A DNA stretch of 64,000 bases. Source: Candidatus Poribacteria bacterium. Lineage in GTDB: Bacteria; Poribacteria; WGA-4E; WGA-3G. The notes beneath the pieces are model-generated. The model was not told where the DNA came from. It saw only the letters and a program-made list of their open reading frames with translations, and did not search any database. This document shows, one piece after another, positions 10,863 through 22,613 of this stretch. The DNA is taken from positions 1,472,001 through 1,536,000 of the forward strand of contig CAXXUA010000005.1 of NCBI GenBank assembly GCA_963663765.2. Direction: 5' to 3'. Numbering within the stretch: the stretch's first letter is position 1; the number at the start of each line of letters is the position of its first letter. The translations under genes and the position numbers were made by a program.

Positions 10863-13532
10863 ATGCCCCAAGACTCTCATAATTTATTCAACACACTCCG
10901 AACTTTAAAGAGCGGTGTCTCTGATTATACATACTATTCCCTTCCAGCATTAGCAGAAATAGGTAAGGGGGAAATGCAAACTTTACCAGTCAGTATCCGT
11001 ATTCTACTTGAATCGTTATTACGGAATTACGATGGACATCAAATCACAGAACAAGACGTTGTCAATTTAGCGAATTGGGACGCACAAAACCCAAAGGCAA
11101 CGGAAATTCCTTTCAAACCTGCCCGCGTGGTTGCGCAAGATTTTACTGGCGTTCCACTCGTCGTTGATATCGCTGCGATGCGGACTGCAGTTGCAGAACT
11201 CGGCGGTGATGCACAGAAGATTGAACCACTTGTACCTGTGGACTTGGTAATTGACCACTCTATACAGGTTGATGCTTACGGTTCAGAAAACGCTTTTCAG
11301 TTTAACACCCGCAAAGAGTTTGAACGTAATAAGGAACGTTATGAATTTCTAAAGTGGGGACAACAAGCGTTTGAAAAGTTCAACATCATTCCGCCATCTA
11401 TCGGTATAGTGCATCAGGTGAATCTGGAATACCTTGCACAAGTTGTCATGACAGAGGAAGGAATTGCATATCCAGATACCGTTGTCGGTACTGATTCGCA
11501 TACGACCATGATCAACGGATTAGGCATAGTCGGTTGGGGTGTTGGTGGCATTGAAGCAGAAGCAGCAATGTTGGGACAACCAGTGTATATTCTAAGTCCT
11601 GCAGTACTTGGGGTACACATGACAGGACAACTTCAAGAAGGAGTTACAGCAACGGATTTGGTTTTGACTGTAACCCAAAGGCTTAGAGCAGCTGCAGTTG
11701 TCGGAAAATTTGTTGAGTTCTTCGGTGAAGGTGTCCAGGCACTTGCTTTACCTGACCGTGCAACACTCTCAAACATGTGTCCTGAATACGGTGCAACGAT
11801 CGGATTCTTCCCCCCTGACGTTGAGACGATAAATTATCTTCGTCTAACTGGAAGGGATGAAACACATGTTGACTTTGTTGAAGCATATCTAAAAGCACAA
11901 GGCTTGTTTGGAATACCGATGCCTGGAGAGGTAGAATACTCCGATGTGTTGGAGATTGATCTCAGTGAAATTGAACCGAGTATCGCTGGACCGAAAAGAC
12001 CCCAAGACAGAATAGCTTTGTCAGATGTCAAAGAGACTTTCAATGAACTCCTTACACGTCCAGTTGCGGAAGATGGATTTGGTGTAACTAAGGTATCAAG
12101 CGATGATACCATCAATCATGGGTCAGTTGTGATTTCAGCGATCACCAGTTGCACAAATACGAGCAATCCCTCTGTTATGATTGGGGCAGGACTGCTTGCA
12201 AAAAAAGCGGTTGAGAAAGGTCTACGTGTTCCTGATTATGTCAAAACAAGTTTAGCACCAGGGTCGCGGGTCGTAACGGCTTATTTACAGAATACGGGTT
12301 TGCTGCCCTACTTGGAGAAGTTAGGTTATAATGTCGTAGGATATGGTTGCACTACATGTATCGGGAACAGCGGTCCGCTCAACGAGGTCGTCCAAGAGGC
12401 GATTGACGCTGAAAATCTTGTGACTGCAAGTGTTTTGAGTGGAAACAGGAATTTTGAGGCGCGCGTGCATCCAGAGATAAAAGCCAACTTCCTTATGTCA
12501 CCACCGCTTGTCGTTGCGTATGGACTCGCAGGACGCATTGACATTGATCTTGCGACAGAACCCATCGGACATAACGATGCTGGCGAGTCTGTTTACTTAC
12601 GAGATATTTGGCCATCGCGAAAGGAAATTGCTGATATGATTGGTGCTGCCGTTGACCGCAAAACATTCAAGGAGATGTATGAATCTATAAGCAATCAAGC
12701 ACCAGAATGGGAAGAACTCGCGGGTGCAACAGGAGTGCTTTATCCGTGGAACGAAAGGAGCACTTATATACAGCATCCGCCTTTCTTTGAAGATTTTTCT
12801 CGCGAACCAGCATCGATTGCGGACATCACAGATGCAAGAATACTTGGTATTTTCGGTGATTCTGTCACGACAGACCACATCTCGCCTGCAGGTGCAATCG
12901 CGGCGGTGAGTCCAGCAGGTACGTATCTACAGGAACGTGGTGTTGATATTTTGGATTTCAATACCTACGGTGCAAGACGCGGAAATGACCGAGTCATGAG
13001 TCGAGGTACATTTGCGAACCGCCGCGTCCGTAACCTGATGACACCTGATGTTGAAGGTGGATGGACGGTTCAATACCCTGATTGTACGCAGACAACTATT
13101 TACGAAGCAGCTCTACATTATCAAGAAAATGCTATTCCTACCGTTATTTTTGCTGGACAGGATTACGGAATGGGGAGTTCACGGGATTGGGCTGCAAAGG
13201 GACCAAAACTCCTTGGGGTCAAAGCAGTCGTCGTAGAAAGTTATGAACGTATCCACCGCAGCAACCTCATCGGTATGGGTATTTTACCACTGCAGTTCAA
13301 AAATGGAGAAAATGTGCAGACGCTCAAACTTGATGGTAGTGAGATTATCAGTATCACTGGCTTCGCAGATGATTTGCAACCCGGCCAATCAGCATCAATG
13401 AAGATTATCAGAGCAAACGGTGACACACACACAACAGAATTACTCATCCGGATTGATTCCCCTGTAGAGGTGGAATATTACAAAAATGGCGGGATTCTGG
13501 ATTATGTGATTCGGAATTTCTTGTCTGCATAG
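10863..13532 (+). CDS. acnA: Aconitate hydratase A
   Basis: [50 protein letters not shown]. Confidence 0.98.
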   Translation: MPQDSHNLFNTLRTLKSGVSDYTYYSLPALAEIGKGEMQTLPVSIRILLESLLRNYDGHQITEQDVVNLANWDAQNPKATEIPFKPARVVAQDFTGVPLVVDIAAMRTAVAELGGDAQKIEPLVPVDLVIDHSIQVDAYGSENAFQFNTRKEFERNKERYEFLKWGQQAFEKFNIIPPSIGIVHQVNLEYLAQVVMTEEGIAYPDTVVGTDSHTTMINGLGIVGWGVGGIEAEAAMLGQPVYILSPAVLGVHMTGQLQEGVTATDLVLTVTQRLRAAAVVGKFVEFFGEGVQALALPDRATLSNMCPEYGATIGFFPPDVETINYLRLTGRDETHVDFVEAYLKAQGLFGIPMPGEVEYSDVLEIDLSEIEPSIAGPKRPQDRIALSDVKETFNELLTRPVAEDGFGVTKVSSDDTINHGSVVISAITSCTNTSNPSVMIGAGLLAKKAVEKGLRVPDYVKTSLAPGSRVVTAYLQNTGLLPYLEKLGYNVVGYGCTTCIGNSGPLNEVVQEAIDAENLVTASVLSGNRNFEARVHPEIKANFLMSPPLVVAYGLAGRIDIDLATEPIGHNDAGESVYLRDIWPSRKEIADMIGAAVDRKTFKEMYESISNQAPEWEELAGATGVLYPWNERSTYIQHPPFFEDFSREPASIADITDARILGIFGDSVTTDHISPAGAIAAVSPAGTYLQERGVDILDFNTYGARRGNDRVMSRGTFANRRVRNLMTPDVEGGWTVQYPDCTQTTIYEAALHYQENAIPTVIFAGQDYGMGSSRDWAAKGPKLLGVKAVVVESYERIHRSNLIGMGILPLQFKNGENVQTLKLDGSEIISITGFADDLQPGQSASMKIIRANGDTHTTELLIRIDSPVEVEYYKNGGILDYVIRNFLSA

Positions 13533-13573
13533 TTGTATGCAAATTTATCAGAGATAACAAAGAAGTCTCTAGA

Positions 13574-13721
13574 CCGTATCTCATAAATCACTTGTAGGAG
13601 CGGGTCTCCCTGTCCGTTTAGAAGAACCCTTTCTATATTTAGGGACGGAGATGACCTCGACCCTACGATGAAGGTGTGATATTTTGAAAAAGATTAGATA
13701 AATGATTTATGAGATATACTG
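13574..13721. repeat. MITE/REPIN-like element with inverted GTAG-REP pair
   Basis: Ends gtatctcataaatca / tgatttatgagatat; internal gtaggagcggg...ccctac. Confidence 0.5.
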
Positions 13722-13742
13722 TAAACATTGTGTAATGATCTG

Positions 13743-13923
13743 ATACCAATTCTGATTATTTTTTTATCATTCTTGCGTAGGTCGGGTAGATGTACGAAAC
13801 CCGACATGATAGCCGCCATCCATACATGTCCAAATTAACGCTAAACGGACGTATGGCATCTGTCGGGTAAGGTGCCGCTATCTAACCTACGAAAACAGAT
13901 ATATTATAAGATAAAAATGGTAT
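13743..13923. repeat. REPIN-like element with ATACC ends resembling the IS630 termini
   Basis: ataccaatt...aaaatggtat; internal gtaggtcgggt..acccgac and tgtcgggt..aacctac. Confidence 0.4.
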
Positions 13924-13970
13924 AAACATTGCTGCTCAGATAGATTTGGTTTGAAAATAGGAGTACATAG

Positions 13971-15326
13971 ATGAAACATCAAAATATTTCATTTTGCCAG
14001 TTACCTCAGATAGTATTTGTAATAATCCTTTTATTTATTTCGGCGAGTAGTGTGTTTGCTCAGAATATTCCAGATTTCGTTAAGAAAGCGGTAGATAGTA
14101 CTGTGTACTTAGAGATGCAGGATAAAGATGGAAATCCTCTTGGCACTGGTAATGGTTTTTTTGTTGCACCTAACCTAATAGTAACCAACCCTCAGATTAT
14201 TGAAGGTGCCGCATCTGGGACAGTGACATTACTTGGTCGCCCCTTGAAATATGAAATAGAAGGTATTACAGCAGCTGACGAGGAGAATAACCTTATTATA
14301 CTAAAAACTGCTATGCCTCTTATCAATCCTCCCGCTATCAGTAATAGTGATGTTGTCAAGAGTAATGATATTGTTTACATCACTGGTAGTAAGAAAGGGA
14401 TGAGTGGTACGATGTCAGACAATGTCATTATCAGTCTTAACAAAGGTAAAAATGACAAATGGTTCCAGGTAAAAAACCAAATTTTTCCAGGAAGCAGCGG
14501 TGGTCCTGTTCTAAACGCTAATGGTGAAGTAATCGGTGTTTTTTATTTTTCAATTGAGATAAAACAGAGGGGTAATTTTGTCATTCCTTCCAATTATCTA
14601 AAGCAACTGATTGCACGATCCACACAAGTGAGACCTATATCAGATTGGCAACAAATTATATCCGTAGAAACCTACTTCAGATGGGGTTATATAAACTATG
14701 CTCTGAGAGACTTTAAAGAAGCAATCGCAAATTATACAAAAGCTATTGAATTAAAACCAGATTATCTAAATGCCTACATCAATCGTGGTATCGCGAGAGA
14801 TCAACTAAAACTGCATGCTGATGCAATATCAGATTATGATACAGTTATTCGTTTAAATCCTGATGATTTAATTGCCCACAACAACCGTGGGATTTCTAAA
14901 GCTAACTTAGGACGATATGATGATGCAATCAAGGATTATGATAAAGTAATACAAATAGATGACAAATTTCTCGCTGCTTACGGCAACCGTGGACGTGCTA
15001 AAACAGCTTTAGGACAGTTTTCAGACGCTTTGTCTGATTATAACACCGTACTTCGTTTGAGGCCAGATGATATCATAGTCTTCTACAATAGGGGAGATCT
15101 GTATTACAAAATGAAAAAATATGAAGATGCTATATCTGATTTTAGTAAAGCGATTTTGCTAAAACCGGGTTACATCATGGCATATTATGGACGAGGATTA
15201 ACGAAAGAAGCTATGGAGCGTAATATAGAGGCGAAGCTTGACTTCCAGTCGGCATTAGAAATTGTAGAAGATCGAGAAGTTGAATTAAAAACCAAAATTG
15301 AGAAGGCATTACAACGTTTAGAATAG
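13971..15326 (+). CDS. Secreted trypsin-like (S1C) domain plus TPR repeat protein
   Basis: GTGNGFFV and PGSSGGPVLN motifs; several TPRs (AYINRG, AHNNRG, AYGNRG). Confidence 0.85.
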   Translation: MKHQNISFCQLPQIVFVIILLFISASSVFAQNIPDFVKKAVDSTVYLEMQDKDGNPLGTGNGFFVAPNLIVTNPQIIEGAASGTVTLLGRPLKYEIEGITAADEENNLIILKTAMPLINPPAISNSDVVKSNDIVYITGSKKGMSGTMSDNVIISLNKGKNDKWFQVKNQIFPGSSGGPVLNANGEVIGVFYFSIEIKQRGNFVIPSNYLKQLIARSTQVRPISDWQQIISVETYFRWGYINYALRDFKEAIANYTKAIELKPDYLNAYINRGIARDQLKLHADAISDYDTVIRLNPDDLIAHNNRGISKANLGRYDDAIKDYDKVIQIDDKFLAAYGNRGRAKTALGQFSDALSDYNTVLRLRPDDIIVFYNRGDLYYKMKKYEDAISDFSKAILLKPGYIMAYYGRGLTKEAMERNIEAKLDFQSALEIVEDREVELKTKIEKALQRLE

Positions 15327-15464
15327 TTGTGCTATGGTAAAGTTTAAAAGTAATTATACAGTCACGTCCCCGGGAAGCCGAATATTCCAGTCCTCACCGA
15401 TGTTGAGCATATAATTAATTCAATAGTTAACATAAATCCAAGCAGGTGAAAATGAAGGAGAATT

Positions 15465-15794
15465 TTGAACATGGTAGAAACACTTGAATCTTTAGCCAAA
15501 AGATTAGATCAAATGGAAATTGCATTAGAGGACATAACACACCAACTTTCTCACCTTGTTGATGCTTTGAAGCTGGATGTCCCTGAAAATTGCAATGTAT
15601 CCACCGAGGAATACACCAATAATAAGGTGAACAAGAAAGAGGCAACTAAAATTATTAATGAACTTCTTGAAAAAATGGGAATTGCCGACGTAGAACCGAT
15701 TCCTATTGAGGAGGTACGCAAAAGTATGTCAAGCCGCATTCGCGCGGCGGATAATGAATTTAGCAGAGCGATTATTGAAGAACGTGAGAACTAA
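15465..15794 (+). CDS. Putative antitoxin partner of the downstream PIN toxin
   Basis: Small ORF 2 nt upstream of the PIN gene; ends SRAIIEERE, as VapB-like proteins often do. Confidence 0.55.
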   Translation: MNMVETLESLAKRLDQMEIALEDITHQLSHLVDALKLDVPENCNVSTEEYTNNKVNKKEATKIINELLEKMGIADVEPIPIEEVRKSMSSRIRAADNEFSRAIIEEREN

Positions 15795-15796
15795 CC

Positions 15797-16300
15797 GTGC
15801 ATTATTTCTACTTTGATGCAAGCGCACTTGTCAAGCGGTATACCGAAGAGTTTGGCAGCGATAAAGTTGATTACCTTTTTATTAATGCGCCTTTTAATCG
15901 GCTAAGGTGTCTGACTATTGGTGTAGCAGAAGTCTTCTGGGTATGTATTCGTAAGAAAAACGATGGGCGTATTACACAGCACGAATTTACCCATGCAGTT
16001 GCAAACCTAACCCGTGAGGTAATCTCGTACACGTCTGATTTTCATATAGCACCTGTTCCAGACTCACTTGTTTGGACATCGTTAAATTTAGTTGAAACAT
16101 ACTCCATTAACAGCGTTGATGCGATTGTGTTAGGTTCCGCCATAGAAACTGCAATGGAACTTAATAGTACAGATGATACGCTTGTTCTTGTAGCATCCGA
16201 TCAACGCCTATTGCGAGCTGCAAGACATGAACGACTGTTAATTTTCAACCCTGAAATTGACTCGGAAAAAACTTTAATGGCATGGTTGGATGCACCATAG
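15797..16300 (+). CDS. PIN-domain (VapC-like) toxin
   Basis: YFDASALVKRY, SVDAIVL and LVASDQRL acidic PIN motifs. Confidence 0.85.
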   Translation: MHYFYFDASALVKRYTEEFGSDKVDYLFINAPFNRLRCLTIGVAEVFWVCIRKKNDGRITQHEFTHAVANLTREVISYTSDFHIAPVPDSLVWTSLNLVETYSINSVDAIVLGSAIETAMELNSTDDTLVLVASDQRLLRAARHERLLIFNPEIDSEKTLMAWLDAP

Positions 16301-16346
16301 TACACAATACCGCATACTTTAATATATTTCTTTAGAAGAATTTATT

Positions 16347-17050
16347 ATGAACATTCAACATCCTAATAGTGACTATGTTTACAACGCGTTGTTACGATAC
16401 AATTGCCTTCCTATAGGTAAAAAACATCCAGATAATATACCTTTCAAGGCTTTTTCCACTGCAGATTTTACACCTGATATTGCAAATGAATTACTTGAAG
16501 TATATCAAAGACAGGACTTACGAACCGAACGGTAGGCGGGGAATGTCTAAATGGCATTCATACCGTTGATTTGGTGCTTTGTAAGCGCGCTGGAAACCCA
16601 AAAAATGCTGAAAATAACATCATTTTCGTCGTAATTCTTGACTAAAGCATGAAAACTGCGTAAGTCCTGAAAGAAAAAGAAATGAAATAGAGAAAGTTAC
16701 AGGTTATGATCAAATTGAATATCATGCTACTCGATTTAACCTTGTAACTCGACTTTTTCATATACCACATCCCTCTCCTTACGCACGTCTATGCAAAAGC
16801 ATATCAAACCACTGGGATAAACTATCAAATATATGTGAAAATCCTAATAGCCGCGAAAAACCGGGAAAATATAATAGACATTATAATGTCTATTAATACT
16901 ACAATCGCACCTGATTCTTATTATCAGTGTGATCGGTACTGGATTCTACTTCATGAATTAGTGTCAGACTGTCCAAAGTTCAAACGTTACCTATGTGATT
17001 CTGGATTAAAATTTCTGAAAGGGAAAAAGTGCGATTTATACAGTCAATAG
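16347..17050 (+). pseudogene. Remnant of a defence reverse transcriptase (DRT4/Abi-like), MITE-interrupted and internally deleted
   Basis: Removing the MITE restores the frame ...VYQRKRNEIEKVTGYDQIEYHATRFNLVTRLFHIPHPSPYARLCKSISNHW; a C-terminal-like piece CDRYWILLHEL follows in another frame; no YxDD core present. Confidence 0.55.
16512..16669 (+). mobile_element. MITE family B with nested family-C insert (16538..16573)
   Basis: TIRs; perfect 5-bp TSD AAAGA. Confidence 0.85.
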
Positions 17051-17100
17051 ATTCGAAGAATTAACTTTTGAGTTAATCCTGTAACCCAAAATATTGGAAC

Positions 17101-17508
17101 ATGCAATATACTCCAAGACGACTACTCTCAATCACAATAATCCTCATATCCCTCACCATCGGATGTACTCAGGAGAGAAACAAAGACATTGGAACTGTGA
17201 TTACGCCAGAGGAAGATATGATAGAAACACTTATCATCGGACCCTATAGGACAGATTGTGTTGGTGCGTTCCCACAGGAATGTTATCTTGAATACAACGA
17301 AGAAGCAGGGAAATGGCATTTTTTCTATGATGGTATTCAAGGATTTGACTATGAAGAAGGTTTTATCTGGACACTAAAGGTCAGTCTGCACGAACGTCCT
17401 GAAGAGATTCAGGATGTCGGACGGTATGAATATCGACTGGTAGAGGTGTTGAAGAAGGAGGAAGCATCGGTTGATGAACGACCGCCGCGAAATCCTACTA
17501 CAGATTAG
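17101..17508 (+). CDS. DUF4377-like lipoprotein (paralog 1)
   Basis: Lipobox LTIGC; IGPYRTDC...IQGFDYEEGF...YRLVEVL. Confidence 0.75.
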   Translation: MQYTPRRLLSITIILISLTIGCTQERNKDIGTVITPEEDMIETLIIGPYRTDCVGAFPQECYLEYNEEAGKWHFFYDGIQGFDYEEGFIWTLKVSLHERPEEIQDVGRYEYRLVEVLKKEEASVDERPPRNPTTD

Positions 17509-17805
17509 GTGTGCCTTGTCAAATACACAAAAAACTACAATTTAAGAGAAATTGCTGCTTCTTATTGTAAATGAGTTTTGTATACTCGCTTTTGAAGGAT
17601 GCATGCAGTTGTATCATCAGAAAAAAAACTCTCACAAGAGAGAGATTCTACACCTAAATTGCACGCCTATGGTCGGTTATGTAACCGCATCTACTGTGTA
17701 GTATAAGTGTATAATTCTTACAAAATTCTCTATAGTTAGGCATAATTCCTAAAGAATATTTATCACAAAATCAACTAATACACAAAAAATGGTCAGGTAA
17801 CAAAC

Positions 17806-18174
17806 ATGCGAAAATTAACATTACTGATATTTTCAATCACAATAATCCTCATATCCCTCACCATCGGATGTGATAGAGATGAACACATAGAAACGCTTAT
17901 CATCGGACCCTATAGAACAGAATGTCCAAGTTTTTCAGGTTCAGATTGTTATCTTGAATTCAATGAAGAAGCAGAGAAGTGGCATTTTTTCTATGAAGGT
18001 ATTCAAGGATTTGACTTTGAAGAGGGGTTCATCTGGACCCTAAAGGTCAGTCTGCATGAACGCGAGGAAGGAATTCAAGATGTAGGAAAGTATGAATATC
18101 GATTAGTAGAGGTGTTGAAGAAGGAAGAAGCATCTATTGATGAACGACCGCCGCGAAATCCTTTAGAAGATTAG
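17806..18174 (+). CDS. DUF4377-like lipoprotein (paralog 2)
   Basis: Highly similar to 17101..17508; lipobox LTIGC. Confidence 0.75.
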   Translation: MRKLTLLIFSITIILISLTIGCDRDEHIETLIIGPYRTECPSFSGSDCYLEFNEEAEKWHFFYEGIQGFDFEEGFIWTLKVSLHEREEGIQDVGKYEYRLVEVLKKEEASIDERPPRNPLED

Positions 18175-18184
18175 GTATAATGCA

Positions 18185-19006
18185 TTACCTACCGTGAATT
18201 GCTCTTAGATCCAAACGTGCATCTATATTGTCTGAAACTGCGTTTGTCCAGTCCACATCGTCCCTGCTTTGTAGGCTCATCAAAGCAACATTCACCATCG
18301 GGTTTGATAGCGAATAGTTGAGTAGAAAACTGTCCACATCCACGTCTACCATCTCCTTTGGAAAGCAGTGCTTCATAAGGTTTTGAAATACGTTGCTTGT
18401 GGTGGAACGCATTAGGACAATCCCCATATCTTGTGCGACTGCATCAGGAATGACACCTCGTTTACTGAATGTATCACAAGTGCTTTGATACATCAGGTTG
18501 TAATGGATTTGCATCATGTCAAACTCACCCGTTGCGATCAGTTGTTCTGTGCCTCCAGAAGGACCATCTGCGGAGAATCCGATAAACCTAACCTTCCCTT
18601 CCTCCTTCAGTTTAAGGTAAGTGTCTAATCCACCACCGTTTATAATCTGGCCTGCCTCTTTTTCATAGAACCAACCCCCATGAAACTGAAGGATATCAAT
18701 ATAATCGGTGTTGAGTCTGCGTAGACTACCTTCCAAATCTGTTGCGATGCCGTCAGGGTGATATGCTTCTGTTTTTGTTGCAAGGATGCATGCATCCCGA
18801 CGATCCTTGATTGCTTTTCCGATTAATGTTTCGCTGTAACCACCGCCATAGGTCGGGGCAGTATCTATGTAGTTGATTCCAACTTCTATAGCATAATGTA
18901 TCATATTTGCAATTGATATTTCATCATGTTCTGGACGAACCCTGCCGCCACCGTAACCGATTTCTGAAACACGGAGTCCAGTTTTACCGAGTGTTTGATA
19001 TTGCAT
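18185..19006 (-). CDS. Aldo/keto reductase
   Basis: LGKTGLRVSEIGYG, GINYIDTAPTYG, SLRRLNTDYIDILQFH. Confidence 0.92.
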   Translation of the reverse strand: MQYQTLGKTGLRVSEIGYGGGRVRPEHDEISIANMIHYAIEVGINYIDTAPTYGGGYSETLIGKAIKDRRDACILATKTEAYHPDGIATDLEGSLRRLNTDYIDILQFHGGWFYEKEAGQIINGGGLDTYLKLKEEGKVRFIGFSADGPSGGTEQLIATGEFDMMQIHYNLMYQSTCDTFSKRGVIPDAVAQDMGIVLMRSTTSNVFQNLMKHCFPKEMVDVDVDSFLLNYSLSNPMVNVALMSLQSRDDVDWTNAVSDNIDARLDLRAIHGR

Positions 19007-19079
19007 TGCTTGCGTTTCTCCTCTGATACATTTAGGTTGAAAGTATTATAGATAATTTATCTGAAGCTAAGGTAAGTGT

Positions 19080-22000
19080 TTAGACATAATCCATCCGAGA
19101 GAATTTTCTGCCATTTTTGTTTTTTGACTTAGTTCGATTGCTTCGTTTGATGCTATCTTCTCCAAATAGATCTTCTACCTTTTTGAATACGACATCCTCG
19201 TCTGCAATATTGTAATTTGTTCCGCACTTTGCGATGACTTCACCGAAACGCGGACTCAATAGACGTAAGATCAAGTGTAGTTTTCCCTTGTTGTTAAGTG
19301 CGATCTCTTTTAATGCTTTTATTTTTTCAAGATTGTTGATGTCAGCTTCTGGGATTGTTACTTCCGCGGCTGTCGTCTGTTCAATGGGAACAGTTTCTAT
19401 GTCTAAAATAGTCTCTGCTTGTATCTGTCGTTCTTCTTCTTCAGTTTCGTCGTCAGAGTTCCTGTTTCTGCTATTCTGATTGATTTTGACATTCCCTTCA
19501 ATCCACACGATTCTCCCTTCAAATAGGTCGCCAGCTGTTTTATATGCTTCAGGAAATACGACGATTTCTATAGAACCTTCAAGGTCTTCAAAACCGATGA
19601 CCGCCATGGAGTCTCCTTTCTTTGTGGTAAGGTTTTTTACGTCAGTAATCATTCCTGCTACAGAAACTGTGGACTCAATTGGGTGTGCACCAAGTGTTCG
19701 AGTGCTTGCTGTTGTGTAGTATTCTATAATGTCCGTATATTCTTGTAGCGGGTGTCCGGAGACATAGAAGCCGAGTTGTTCCTTTTCACGTTTTAGTCGT
19801 TCCAAAGGATCATATTCTGCTGTTTCTGTAAGAACCATTTCTGTAGTTGATATGTCAGCGGTGTCCTCAAATAGGTTCATCTGTCCACGTTCTCGTTGTG
19901 CTTGTGCAGTTTGTGCGACTTTCAGAACACTTTCCAGATTTTCAAGAAGTTGTGCTCGGTGTCCATCAAGTAAGTCAAAAGCACCGCACAGAATCAATGC
20001 TTCAATGGCACGTTTATTCACGACTTTTGAATCTACCCGTTCACAGAAATCTTGTAGTGATGAGAATGAACCGCCTTCCTCACGAGCAGCTACAATTGCA
20101 TCTATTGCCGCTTCACCGACACCTTTCACTGCGACAAGACCGAAACAGATATCATTGCTATCTACCGTGAACTTCTTGTTACTGCTGTTCACGTCTGGTG
20201 AAAGCACATTGATCTCAACGCCAAGGTAATCAGCGAGTTTGCTGCAATCTGAACGGTATCGTGTGATTTTGTCGGAGTCTCCTGCTTCTCCTGTCATCAT
20301 AGCCGCCATGAATTCGCGTGGATAGTGTGATTTGAGATACGCCATGCGATAAGCCAACATTGCATAAACAACAGAGTGTGATTTATTGAACGCATATCCA
20401 CTGAAAGGTTCAAGTAAATCGTAAATTTCCTCAGCCGCATTCTTAGTTATTTCATTCTTGAGCGCACCTTCAACGAATTTCTCCCGCTGTGCTTGTAGCA
20501 GCTCTGGATTTTTCTTACCCATTGCAGAACGGAGTACGTCAGCTTCACCAAGTGTGAAACCTGCCAAGTCCCTTACAATTTGCATGACCTGTTCCTGATA
20601 GACGCACACCCCATAAGTGTTTTTGAGTGCGTTTTTAAGCAGTGGGTGTTTATATGTTACCTTTTCTAACCCGTTTTTTCGATCGATGAACTGCTGTGCC
20701 ATGCCGCTTTCTAAGGGACCTGGACGATATAGCGCTGGAATTGCACAGAAATCTTCAAAGTTGTCTGCTTTCAGTTGTGTCACAACCCTATACATTCCTG
20801 GAGATGTTTCCAATTGGAACAACCCCGCAAGTAAACCTTTGCTAATCAGCGAGAAGGTTTTTTCATCGTCAAAAGGTATATCTTCTAATTTGATTTCCTT
20901 GTTATGATTTTCCTTAATCATTTGAAGGCAGTCATATATTTCTGTAAGTGTGCGCAAACCGAGGAAATCAAATTTGACCATTCCAACATTTTCAACTGTT
21001 TTACCTTCATACTGTGTTGCAACTTGATCATGTTTATCCTTGAAAAGTGGTGCGAAATCAGTTAGGGGACCGTTGGAAATAACAATTGCACATGGATGAC
21101 AAGAAACGTGGCGTTTCATACCTTCAACGGCTCTGCTTAGATCGATCAATTCCTTGTATTCTGTTTGTTCGGAAAGCGTTTGCAATTCGGGTACTTGTTC
21201 CAAAGCCTCATCAATTGTAATATTAAGTGTATTCGGAATCAGTTGTGTTAATTTGACAACATTATCAAGTGGGACATCAAGCGATCGACCCACATCTTTG
21301 ATTGCTCCCTTTGCTTTCATTGTAGAAAATGTGGCGACTTTACCAACAGATTCATGCCCATATTTATTGACAAGATATTCAATAACATGGGCTCGTGCGT
21401 GATCTACGAAATCAATATCAATATCAGGTGGACTTATTCGTTCAAGGTTCAAAAACCGTTCAAAAATACATCCATAATCCATTGGATTGAAAGTAATAAC
21501 ATCAAGGGCGTAAAGCACAAGGCTACCGGCAGCAGAACCGCGTGCAGAAAGCGGATAGCCTTGTGCATTAGCGTATTTGACGTAATCCCATACAATAAGA
21601 AAATAACCTGGGTAACCTGTCTTATTAATTATATCAAGTTCATGATTCAATCTATCTTGAACATCTGTAGCGAGTTCTCCATCTAATTTTTCACGTAGCC
21701 CTTTGTGACAAAGTTCTTTTAGGTAACTCTCATTTGTATATCCTTCTGGCACCTCGTATTTTGGCATAACGCTCTCGCCATAATCAAGCTTAAGATCACA
21801 CCGTTTTGCAATTTCAAGTGTGTTGCTAATAGCTTCAGGCGGGTAATCCTTAAGAACTTCACGCATTTCGTCAATGTCTTTAAAATAGAAATGATTGTCA
21901 AATTGCATCCGATCAGTTTCTTTGACAGTTTTCTTGGTTTGAATGCAAAGCAGCACATCATGCATATGGTGGTCTGATTTTCGCAAGTAGTGACAATCAT

Positions 22001-22613
22001 TTGTACCAACAAGTGGAAGGTCAAATTCTTGTGCTAACTCTACCATTATGGGGTAAGCTTGTTGTTCTTTGTCAATGTAATGGTTCTGTACCTCAACATA
22101 TAGGTTATTGGGTCCCATAATGTCAATCAGAGTTTTGAAGTTTTGGATACCCTCCTCTCGTCTATTTGAGCATAAGAGTTGCGGTACTTGTCCTTGGATA
22201 CAACCCGTAAAAGCGATAATTCCTTCGCGATGTTCTCGTAGAATTTCCATGTCAATGCGAGGTTTACTATAGAAACCTTCTGTGTAACCTAACGATACCA
22301 ATTTAATAAGGTTTTTGTAACCAGCAGCGTTTTCTACCAACAGCGTTAAATGGTATGGACTCCCTTGTTCTTTACCGCGTTTGTGCCGGTCACCAGGGGC
22401 GACATAAACTTCGCACCCAACAATGGGGTTTACACCAGCCTCTTTTGCTTTCGTATAAAACTCCCATGCGCCGAACATATTCCCATGGTCGGTGAGTGCA
22501 ACAGCAGGTGCGCTATTCTCTATTGCCCACTGTATCATATCCGTAATGCGACATGCTCCATCAAGCATGCTATATTCACTGTGGTTGTGTAGATGGACAA
22601 ATTCGGAAGACAT
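19080..22613 (-). CDS. dnaE: DNA polymerase III alpha subunit
   Basis: PHP motif HLHNHSEYSMLDG; RGSAAGSLV; PPDIDIDF; YAFNKSHS; OB fold. Confidence 0.98.
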   Translation of the reverse strand: MSSEFVHLHNHSEYSMLDGACRITDMIQWAIENSAPAVALTDHGNMFGAWEFYTKAKEAGVNPIVGCEVYVAPGDRHKRGKEQGSPYHLTLLVENAAGYKNLIKLVSLGYTEGFYSKPRIDMEILREHREGIIAFTGCIQGQVPQLLCSNRREEGIQNFKTLIDIMGPNNLYVEVQNHYIDKEQQAYPIMVELAQEFDLPLVGTNDCHYLRKSDHHMHDVLLCIQTKKTVKETDRMQFDNHFYFKDIDEMREVLKDYPPEAISNTLEIAKRCDLKLDYGESVMPKYEVPEGYTNESYLKELCHKGLREKLDGELATDVQDRLNHELDIINKTGYPGYFLIVWDYVKYANAQGYPLSARGSAAGSLVLYALDVITFNPMDYGCIFERFLNLERISPPDIDIDFVDHARAHVIEYLVNKYGHESVGKVATFSTMKAKGAIKDVGRSLDVPLDNVVKLTQLIPNTLNITIDEALEQVPELQTLSEQTEYKELIDLSRAVEGMKRHVSCHPCAIVISNGPLTDFAPLFKDKHDQVATQYEGKTVENVGMVKFDFLGLRTLTEIYDCLQMIKENHNKEIKLEDIPFDDEKTFSLISKGLLAGLFQLETSPGMYRVVTQLKADNFEDFCAIPALYRPGPLESGMAQQFIDRKNGLEKVTYKHPLLKNALKNTYGVCVYQEQVMQIVRDLAGFTLGEADVLRSAMGKKNPELLQAQREKFVEGALKNEITKNAAEEIYDLLEPFSGYAFNKSHSVVYAMLAYRMAYLKSHYPREFMAAMMTGEAGDSDKITRYRSDCSKLADYLGVEINVLSPDVNSSNKKFTVDSNDICFGLVAVKGVGEAAIDAIVAAREEGGSFSSLQDFCERVDSKVVNKRAIEALILCGAFDLLDGHRAQLLENLESVLKVAQTAQAQRERGQMNLFEDTADISTTEMVLTETAEYDPLERLKREKEQLGFYVSGHPLQEYTDIIEYYTTASTRTLGAHPIESTVSVAGMITDVKNLTTKKGDSMAVIGFEDLEGSIEIVVFPEAYKTAGDLFEGRIVWIEGNVKINQNSRNRNSDDETEEEERQIQAETILDIETVPIEQTTAAEVTIPEADINNLEKIKALKEIALNNKGKLHLILRLLSPRFGEVIAKCGTNYNIADEDVVFKKVEDLFGEDSIKRSNRTKSKNKNGRKFSRMDYV

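Noticed and set aside
17101-18174. Diversity-generating retroelement TR/VR pair (near an RT remnant)
   Set aside because: Both copies are complete genes, differences are not adenine-specific, and the RT remnant does not look DGR-type
19080-22613. Intein or split dnaE
   Set aside because: Length is typical and no intein motifs are visible
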